Shown here: in pieces, positions 46,947-53,663 of the stretch
Layout: every line of letters starts with the position of its first letter
How positions within the stretch are numbered: the stretch's first letter is position 1
IMG/VR virus record: IMGVR_UViG_3300047160_004205
Coordinates: 1,686-65,685 of that record
Strand: one strand, 5' to 3'
Length of the DNA: 64,000 bases
Origin: a virus
Lineage: Duplodnaviria > Caudoviricetes
The notes under the pieces: generated by a model
Told to the model about the DNA's origin: nothing
The model's database searches: none
Seen by the model: only the letters and a program-made list of their open reading frames with translations
Translations under genes and position numbers: made by a program

Positions 46947-47969
46947 ATGTCTGCTAATTTAGATATGACGAACGGGCGTCCAAACATGGCTTTCACTGGT
47001 GACAGAAAAGACATCTGGCACCGTGAGGGCACCGCAATGGGCGACGATATGTCTATTGAGGAGTGGATCAAGGCGGCCGGGTTAGACTGGGAAGCCTTCA
47101 GGACTCCCGCCTTTACGCAACTGCCTTCCGGCGAGTTCAAGGCTATCGCCGGATGGTCCTACCTGACTCGGAACGACGTGCTGACTCAAATCGGCTACGT
47201 TTCCGACAACTCCTACAAGATCGCGCAACCGCGCGATTGTATCGAGGCAGTGACTCAGTTTGTTTCGGTAGACGATCGATTCAAAATGAACACTGCCGGT
47301 TCATTGGACGGCGGCCGCCGAATCTGGATTAACGCCCAGTTCAACGGCGAGATCGAGGTTGGCGGATCGGCTCACAAAGCCTATTTGCTCGCCTCGACTA
47401 GCTTTGACGGCACCCAAGCCACAGTCGCTAAGGGCACCATGACGCGCGTTGTGTGTGACAACACACTAGGCGCGGCCGTTGGTGGGCGTTCACGCGGTAA
47501 GGGCGACGGCGGCCCGGAGATTCGCATTTCACACAATGCGAAATTTGATCCCGCTCAGGCTACCAAGGAACTCAGCACCGTTGTTCAAAGCTTTGAGAAG
47601 TTCAAGGCAATGGGCGATGCAATGGCAATGGTAGCCATGGTGAACGGAGAAGTGTCGGGGTTTTTCAAAAAGCTCCTCGACATCAATCCGAACGACAAAT
47701 GGGAGGAGCTTTCGACGCGGAAGCAGAATCAGTTCCAAGCCATGAAAGACGCCTATACGGCGACCGTTCGTGAGGGGACTGAGACGGGCAAAGTGTGGAC
47801 GGCGCTTAACGCCGTTACCCGGTATGTGGATCACGAGCGTTCCTCACGAAACGGCGACTCGCCGGAGTCAGCGCGGTTCGATTCAGCGTTGTTTGGATCG
47901 GGCGCGCGGATGAAGGAACAGGCGATTGGCCTGTTAATGCCACTCATTAAAGAAAAAGTAGCGGCTTAG
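46947..47969 (+). CDS. DUF932/DUF945 (TIGR03299-like) phage protein
   Basis: WHREG, AGLDW, YKIAQPRDC, AGSLDGGRRIW, LASTSFDG, RVVCDNTL, ISHN, ALNAVTRYVDH. Confidence 0.88.
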   Translation: MSANLDMTNGRPNMAFTGDRKDIWHREGTAMGDDMSIEEWIKAAGLDWEAFRTPAFTQLPSGEFKAIAGWSYLTRNDVLTQIGYVSDNSYKIAQPRDCIEAVTQFVSVDDRFKMNTAGSLDGGRRIWINAQFNGEIEVGGSAHKAYLLASTSFDGTQATVAKGTMTRVVCDNTLGAAVGGRSRGKGDGGPEIRISHNAKFDPAQATKELSTVVQSFEKFKAMGDAMAMVAMVNGEVSGFFKKLLDINPNDKWEELSTRKQNQFQAMKDAYTATVREGTETGKVWTALNAVTRYVDHERSSRNGDSPESARFDSALFGSGARMKEQAIGLLMPLIKEKVAA

Positions 47970-48057
47970 TTTTCAACTTATTGCGGCGCGGATTAGTCGG
48001 GTAACATTCCCGGCAATCCCGCCGCGTTTGTCACTTTACCAAGAGGAGCAATGTGAC

Positions 48058-48330
48058 ATGACACTGCACCGAAACGACGACGGGAAGCTGCCAGCATATG
48101 CTTGGCCGGGCGGTTATCCAATTTATTACGTTTGCACTGATGGCGGCGTTCTTTGCCCCGAATGCGCCAATGGCGAAAACGGAAGTGAGGCAAGCGAGAG
48201 GAAAGACGCCCCGCATGATTGGCGCTTAGAGGGCGCGGACATTCATTACGAAGGCCCGCCGCTCGTTTGCGACCATTGCGGAACCGAGATTGAATCCGCC
48301 TATGGCGATCCCGACAATCCGACAGATTAA
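48058..48330 (+). CDS. Early Zn-binding hypothetical protein
   Basis: YAWPGGYPIYY...LCPECA...CDHCG..IESAY; AAGAGGAGCAA RBS. Confidence 0.7.
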   Translation: MTLHRNDDGKLPAYAWPGGYPIYYVCTDGGVLCPECANGENGSEASERKDAPHDWRLEGADIHYEGPPLVCDHCGTEIESAYGDPDNPTD

Positions 48331-48385
48331 ATTTAATTGCCCCGCGCCAATGCGGGGCGTTTGTTCATTTAGAGGAGCAATCAAA

Positions 48386-48754
48386 ATGGACATACCTTTC
48401 GACACTATCAATCCTAACTTGCGAAACGAGGTAACGCGCGTTGCCCGTGAAATCACAAAGGCGCGCGTTGCTCAACTGAAACTCGGCGATCCCCATAAGG
48501 AGCCGCCGCAGACTCCGCCGCTTAATCCTAACCCGCGCAAGCACGATGTGGTTGCGTGGCGTCATGACGGGGCTCGCCTCGATACAACGCGGCACGATAC
48601 AAAAGAAGGCGCGCAAGAGTACGGCCGCGCCTTGTGTTGGGCGATCTATTACAAGTACGCCATCCTATGCGGGCGCGATATAATCGAACGTCACAGCATC
48701 GCAATCCCCGACGGCATGGCGCTAAACGACTCCGGTATGCCGGTTAAAATCTGA
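48386..48754 (+). CDS. Early hypothetical protein (start MDIPFD)
   Basis: AGAGGAGCAATC RBS. Confidence 0.65.
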   Translation: MDIPFDTINPNLRNEVTRVAREITKARVAQLKLGDPHKEPPQTPPLNPNPRKHDVVAWRHDGARLDTTRHDTKEGAQEYGRALCWAIYYKYAILCGRDIIERHSIAIPDGMALNDSGMPVKI

Positions 48755-48820
48755 TTGCAGTCAACGGAGCGGCTTGCCCGCTCCGTTTGCGGCAATCATG
48801 CCGACTGAGGAGCAGTCACA

Positions 48821-48907
48821 ATGTTAGATATAATCGAAGTCACGTCCCTATTGCTGTTCATTGCAACGGGGCTGTTGTGGGCGTCCTATCTTGGGGGCCC
48901 GCTATGA
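48821..48907 (+). CDS. 28-aa single-TM peptide (below track cutoff)
   Basis: GAGGAGCAG RBS; MLDIIEVTSLLLFIATGLLWASYLGGPL. Confidence 0.5.
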   Translation: MLDIIEVTSLLLFIATGLLWASYLGGPL

Positions 48908-49059
48908 GTCAGAGCCGGGAACCAAAAGACTATTGGGGCGAAAACCCTTCGCACCCTGTCGCGGACTGGCAATATGCGGTTGCCAATGGCGATACACGTC
49001 ACGGCTATTGGGAATGGGTGGAAAGTGAAATCGAGGCAGCACTCGCCGATAGGGCGTAA
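48904..49059 (+). CDS. Small hypothetical protein (start MSQSRE)
   Basis: ATGA-coupled; DWQYAVANGDTRHGYWEWV. Confidence 0.6.
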   Translation: MSQSREPKDYWGENPSHPVADWQYAVANGDTRHGYWEWVESEIEAALADRA

Positions 49060-49093
49060 CGCCCCTCTGCTCCTCTTGGGGCAGAACGCCCGG

Positions 49094-49124
49094 AGCCCCA
49101 GCCCGCAAGGGCTGGGGCTTTCCC
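49094..49124 (+). terminator. Strong GCAA-tetraloop hairpin ending early operon
   Basis: agccccagccc-gcaa-gggctggggct followed by ttccc. Confidence 0.6.
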
Positions 49125-49250
49125 GCTCGCCTGATACGGGCCGGGACTCTTTTTTATTTCAAACGCCGGAAGCCTGCACTTTTTACAGCAATTTTGAAAT
49201 ATGATTTTCCTGCACTTTTCCCCATAAAAATAAAATATGATTCTGCGGTA

Positions 49251-49279
49251 TTGACAAGTGTAGCAGTGAGCACTACACC
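49251..49279 (+). promoter_or_regulatory. Sigma70-type promoter TTGACA-17-TACACC containing operator copy 3 (49258..49278)
   Basis: GTGTAG CAGTGAGCA CTACAC with perfect palindromic arms. Confidence 0.75.
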
Positions 49280-49285
49280 AGAGTC

Positions 49286-49546
49286 ATGTCCAAACCTACC
49301 ATAGATTATCTTAATGCCCGCAAGGCCGCACTCGCGGCCAGCGGCGGGAGCAAGCACAAGGGCCACCGTTATCTATCCGACGCCCCGGCTTACTGCCCCG
49401 ATTCGGATTTGGACATAAACGAGCTTACCGAGCAACGAGTTGAGTCGGCGTGGTGTGACTATCGCATCCGCGCAGAAACGATGTGGGATGCGATCTTTGC
49501 CCGCGCCGGTTTAACTCGGGGTTACGATGTCGAGGAGACGTTTTGA
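49286..49546 (+). CDS. Hypothetical protein, probably leaderless
   Basis: ATG 6 nt after -10 box; no SD. Confidence 0.6.
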   Translation: MSKPTIDYLNARKAALAASGGSKHKGHRYLSDAPAYCPDSDLDINELTEQRVESAWCDYRIRAETMWDAIFARAGLTRGYDVEETF

Positions 49547-49716
49547 TGCTTCCCCTTAGTCCGTTAGCACAAGATCAAAAAACACTAGCGGAGCGGCGCT
49601 GGCGATCGGTATCGCGTCCGTCAGCGCCGCAACTACCCTGCGATCATGGGCTGTTCAGCGATGAGGCCTTGCAACTCGATCTAATCGAGATGCTACAGGA
49701 GCCCGACTATGATTAG
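49546..49716 (+). CDS. Small hypothetical protein
   Basis: TGATG coupling; LPCDHGLFSDEALQLDL. Confidence 0.55.
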   Translation: MLPLSPLAQDQKTLAERRWRSVSRPSAPQLPCDHGLFSDEALQLDLIEMLQEPDYD

Positions 49717-49921
49717 GCGCAAACACGATAAGTCTTGGGAGGAGATCGCCCGCGAGCGGGCTGTGAAAGAGCTAATCTCTTCTATCCGCCGCATGTGGCA
49801 CAAGGGGCCGGACGCTCCGCCTAACCCACCGTTTAAGCCTAATGGGATACGGGAGCGCGCTTATATCTCTGCAAAGCGCGCCAGGACTGACAAATCCGTA
49901 ACCGGCTCAGCGTCTTTGTAA
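49709..49921 (+). CDS. Small basic hypothetical protein
   Basis: Coupled; AGGAG upstream. Confidence 0.45.
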   Translation: MIRRKHDKSWEEIARERAVKELISSIRRMWHKGPDAPPNPPFKPNGIRERAYISAKRARTDKSVTGSASL

Positions 49922-50484
49922 GCGCGGAAAATCTCTTCTCTGCGGACAAAGAAGGCATTTATTCCGTTAGAGTACACCAGCACATAGCCTTTCTGTTCGC
50001 CCAGCTTAGTCATCGCTAATAGACTCGCGCCGTAGAACTGATTCCCCGGCGTTACCACGAAATTATCGTCGCGCGGCATTACCAGAGCTTTATCCAGCGG
50101 CAAACAACCGTTGTACTCGATTATCACCAACGGCGGGCGCTGTTCGATTGCCTGCCAAACCCAATAATCCTGGCCGTCGATGTCGATCGATAGTACCCCG
50201 ATTTCAGGTACGGAGTATTTAGCAAATAAATTATTTATGTTTTCTGGCGTGACGTGTTCCTGCCTAATGAACGCGCCACCCTTTTTATCCATGAACAATC
50301 CCGGCCAGCCCTGATGGTGCAGGGCAATGCAATTGCCCTCATAGGGCGCGACTCCAAACTCGACAAAATAACGGGGAACCTCGATCCGGCCTAATAGCGC
50401 GGCGATAACCAAATCTTCATTGTTCTGCGAGGTGTCCTGTTCACGTCGCCTCAAAGGAACGGCCAATAAATCTGTCGCAAACAT
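49861..50484 (-). CDS. FkbM-like class I SAM methyltransferase
   Basis: SQNNED, FVEFG, GLFMD, VTPENIN, VLSIDIDGQDYWVW, IIEYN, GASLLAM, NAFFVR. Confidence 0.85.
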   Translation of the reverse strand: MFATDLLAVPLRRREQDTSQNNEDLVIAALLGRIEVPRYFVEFGVAPYEGNCIALHHQGWPGLFMDKKGGAFIRQEHVTPENINNLFAKYSVPEIGVLSIDIDGQDYWVWQAIEQRPPLVIIEYNGCLPLDKALVMPRDDNFVVTPGNQFYGASLLAMTKLGEQKGYVLVYSNGINAFFVRREEIFRAYKDAEPVTDLSVLARFAEI

Positions 50485-50647
50485 CGTGCGCCTCGATTGG
50501 GCCCTCGACTAAATCACAAACTCCGGGCTCACCCTTCTTGATCCGGGTGAACATCGCGCAACGCGCGCACTCTTTTTCTTTTTCACTACCTCTGTAATGA
50601 ACATTTGTTTTGCTCACCTTGTTGGGGAAAATTAGGCCCTCTGTCAT
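50441..50647 (-). CDS. HiPIP-like (high-potential 4Fe-4S) small protein
   Basis: KVSKTNVHY...CARCAMF...GVCDLVEGPI...VCDRF; four Cys in HiPIP spacing. Confidence 0.6.
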   Translation of the reverse strand: MTEGLIFPNKVSKTNVHYRGSEKEKECARCAMFTRIKKGEPGVCDLVEGPIEAHDVCDRFIGRSFEAT

Positions 50648-50661
50648 GGGCGCTTATTTCC

Positions 50662-50874
50662 TCAATACGCCTTAGGATTTTGGAACGGCCAAAACAACGC
50701 ATCGGCGCGTCCAGTAAATACGGCCCACGCTAGCCGCAGCCGTGATCGTAACGAAAACATTCCATAAGGGCGCGCGGGCTCATAATCCCCGCCCTTCACT
50801 TGAGCGTGCGGGCCTTCCTTGGCGTGCTTCAAAAGCTGTCGGATTGTCCAGCTATAGGGCGCTTGGTTAAGCAT
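50662..50874 (-). CDS. Hypothetical protein
   Basis: PARPYG..SLRSRLRLAWAVFTGRADALFWP. Confidence 0.65.
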   Translation of the reverse strand: MLNQAPYSWTIRQLLKHAKEGPHAQVKGGDYEPARPYGMFSLRSRLRLAWAVFTGRADALFWPFQNPKAY

Positions 50875-50992
50875 TCTGTTTCATCTCCCTGTTCGGAAAA
50901 ATCAGTCGTTCGGGCATCGATGATCCACGCTTGGAGCTTGCCGATGCATTCCCAGCAGGCACAGCCTAAACCATGCGGCAGATAAAACCTAT

Positions 50993-51367
50993 CTACCTCC
51001 ATTGGACTTCCCAGTCCTCTGGCTGCATGAGCGCGCTAATTGGTTTTGGAACCTCAATCGCCTCCAACAACGGCGCTGGCTTAGCGATCCTCTTCTTTTT
51101 CGGGCGTCCAGAAACCCACCGCTCGATCAACGAGTCCTCGATCTGCACCAATTCCCCGCGATCCTCCCGACGCGGCCAGACGCCAAAGATTTCCTTAAAG
51201 GCGTGCGCCGCCCACCCCGGTTTCCAGCCACGACTCTCAGCGTGCTTTACCAAAGCGCCACAAACGGCAGACGGGCCTAACGCTATCAACTGTAAAATAA
51301 TTTCATCTCTGTCGGCTCTACGCATGACCTTGCGCGCATTCCCCGAGCCCTGACCTCGGCGGCGCAC
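50993..51367 (-). CDS. Stand-alone protein resembling the C-terminus of phage SF2 helicases
   Basis: HAESRGWKPGWAAHAFKEIFGVWP. Confidence 0.55.
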   Translation of the reverse strand: MRRRGQGSGNARKVMRRADRDEIILQLIALGPSAVCGALVKHAESRGWKPGWAAHAFKEIFGVWPRREDRGELVQIEDSLIERWVSGRPKKKRIAKPAPLLEAIEVPKPISALMQPEDWEVQWR

Positions 51368-51937
51368 CTAGAAGCTCCGCTCAAACAGTCTGGCAAAGCG
51401 GGCCTTCGTCGGGACGTTCATTCGGTTGACGATCGACATCGCCATATCAATCAAGTTCTGCTGGATTTCCTCTTGAGGCTTGGGCTGTACAACCCTGACG
51501 TTTGGCTTCCCGACTTTTCTATCTTGCGGCTCCGGTGTCCAACGGTTGCTTCCCCTCTCCTTTACAACCTCTTTTCTTGACTGATTATATTGCTGCCGCT
51601 TCTCTTTCATCTTGTCGTAGGCCCATTCCGGGTCCTCCTGGGAGGCGATCTCCATCACTCTCTCGGCGTCCCTGCGGCTGCGCGCGAACTTCTGCCCGTA
51701 CCAATCCCACCAACTAACGCGCCCATCTTCGCCAGCTTCTACCCTAGACCTGAGTTCCAACAACAAGCGTCCAGCCTCAATTCGCGCGATCTTAAATTCC
51801 TCCTGTTTCCTCACCACCACATCGAACTTTTTATGAATCAGCAGAACCATTTCATCGAGCGGCCGTAACGGAACTACCTTCCCACCGATCGTGATTTGAG
51901 ACTTATCCAACATGGCAATCTCCCTGACTTGGCCCAT
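51368..51937 (-). CDS. DUF3102-like putative DNA-binding protein
   Basis: IEAGRLLLELR...WWDW...SRRDAERVMEIA; CAGGAG RBS. Confidence 0.6.
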   Translation of the reverse strand: MGQVREIAMLDKSQITIGGKVVPLRPLDEMVLLIHKKFDVVVRKQEEFKIARIEAGRLLLELRSRVEAGEDGRVSWWDWYGQKFARSRRDAERVMEIASQEDPEWAYDKMKEKRQQYNQSRKEVVKERGSNRWTPEPQDRKVGKPNVRVVQPKPQEEIQQNLIDMAMSIVNRMNVPTKARFARLFERSF

Positions 51938-52212
51938 ACTCCTGAGCTAGCTCTACCGTCCTCTCTTCCTCGCCCAACCTCTTGTCTTTACAGCCCTTCA
52001 GCGCAGTAAAGAGTCTGAGCAAGCCTAAGAGTCTGGCGTCCGCGCAAACGCCATCAGGCACCCGCGAGGGTGCTTGTTTCGATCGGAGCTAGGGCCATCA
52101 CTGCGCCAGAGCGGCCTTCGCCTTGTTTTTGCGGTGATTTGTGTTTACTTGCCGGGTAGTGTAAGGAAGTCGGCAAATAGGTTCCGTGCATCACCGCATG
52201 GATCACGGGACA

Positions 52213-52251
52213 GCCCCGGCAGAGTTAACGCTCTCGCCGGGGCAACTTTTT
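52213..52251 (+). terminator. Rho-independent terminator-like hairpin
   Basis: gccccggcagag...ctctcgccggggc followed by aacttttt. Confidence 0.5.
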
Positions 52252-52626
52252 AGAGATACGCCCTCTGTCGCGTAGCTGTCAAATAAATCGTACCGGAAGA
52301 ATTAGCGCAGAAATCACTAGGAAATTTCCGGTGCAACCCGAGTCCACAACTGCGGCAGGCTGTCGCACCTAAGGCCAGCAGTCGGGCGCGTATTGACTTA
52401 AAAATCAATCAAGTTGTGGTTGAGTTATCCTACGGCCATGTAATTTCTAAAATTGTCCACAGCCTCGAAAACCATTGGATATTGGGGACAATGTGGCAAT
52501 CTGAGACGATTCCAGCGCACAACCAGAACGCGATGTTATGATGTGGTAACATGGCTGTATCGGTTGGATCAGCCAGCCGGTCCCCGGTCACACGGGGGAT
52601 GTTTGAAAATTGAATAGGAGCAACCA

Positions 52627-53007
52627 ATGGAACGCTCAGTCGCGGTAAAGAAGCTCGCCAAGATGATAGGCAAAGGGTTTGGCTACCAGATCGACGGCAA
52701 AGCGCCCACGCCAGAGGAACGAGAAGCGGCTAAGGCGCAACGCCCCGCTGCTATCGAGGAAAGAGACTTGTTGGCCAAGAAACGCCGCGCCCGGTACGAG
52801 GCCGTACTAGCTGCCGATACGGAATACCAAAGTCTGGTTGCCCAGCATGAGACTGCACGGAAGTCTGTAGATAAATTGAACATCGAACACCGTCGCAAGA
52901 TCAGCGTAGGGACTACGATGAATCTCGGTGGTTTTTCAGTGTTCAATGTCAAGGCGAGCGGCGACTCGTGGGAAGAGATTTTCGAGAAGTTGAACAAGAA
53001 GGCGTAA
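52627..53007 (+). CDS. Hypothetical coiled-coil protein
   Basis: 126 aa, AGGAGCAACC RBS, flanked by GTCACA-loop hairpins. Confidence 0.7.
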   Translation: MERSVAVKKLAKMIGKGFGYQIDGKAPTPEEREAAKAQRPAAIEERDLLAKKRRARYEAVLAADTEYQSLVAQHETARKSVDKLNIEHRRKISVGTTMNLGGFSVFNVKASGDSWEEIFEKLNKKA

Positions 53008-53180
53008 CGAAAAGCCCCGGGGTGGTCACACACCCCGGGGCCCAAACTAAGGAGCAATCACGATTTGCTACCTCTACACCAATAACGGAGTTGCGTCTAC
53101 GGGTGCCTTGTGAGAGCATGAGTCGTTGCAGTCGCGTGCGCCCGCGCGCCGACTGCTTCCACCGATGCAAGGAGCCGCCC

Positions 53181-53663
53181 TCAGAAATGGGGGCGGCTTT
53201 TGACATCGAAGGTGTACGTGGACACAGCGGTTCCCGAAATAATCTGCGCCGTCCACGTTCCCAGTTGCAGGAACTCCATCAGGCCCGAGATGAACACCGT
53301 ATAGGAGTTGGCAGGGACATCCGGCAAGTTTCTCGTGTACGGATTCACAAGGGGCGATACGCCAGCCCAGAGAAAATCAGGATCGCCAAAGTGCTGCGTC
53401 CCGTCTGGGGCCGTGAACAGGATTTGCGAGAGTGGCGTGACTATCTGGCTCTCAAAAATGAAAGCGCACGACTCGCTCTGATAGAAAACCGGAAAGGGGA
53501 TAATCGGCCCAATCAGAGACGGCGGGTTGACGTAGAACACCTTACCGTCAGGGAAGCGTTGTCCGATAAAGGTTGGGGGCCCGGGAGGCGTGGGCGGGGG
53601 CGCATCGCTACCCTGCGGCTCTGCGGCAAGCGGGACTTCGGCGAGCGCAGCGAAGCCGAGCAT
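53181..53663 (-). CDS. Tail adaptor-like protein paralogous to C-terminus of 393..4388 (start MLGFAA)
   Basis: TGATG coupling to tailspike; GKVF, ESC, PDGT..GDP.F, Q.G.W shared motifs. Confidence 0.7.
   Translation of the reverse strand: MLGFAALAEVPLAAEPQGSDAPPPTPPGPPTFIGQRFPDGKVFYVNPPSLIGPIIPFPVFYQSESCAFIFESQIVTPLSQILFTAPDGTQHFGDPDFLWAGVSPLVNPYTRNLPDVPANSYTVFISGLMEFLQLGTWTAQIISGTAVSTYTFDVKSRPHF

Noticed and set aside
46630-48823. Early spacers as integron attC sites
   Set aside because: GTTTG does not fit GTTRRRY, there is no consistent RYYYAAC partner, and no integron integrase is present
52398-52415. CtrA box (TTAA-N7-TTAA)
   Set aside because: Only TTAA-N7-TCAA, one imperfect copy; too weak to call
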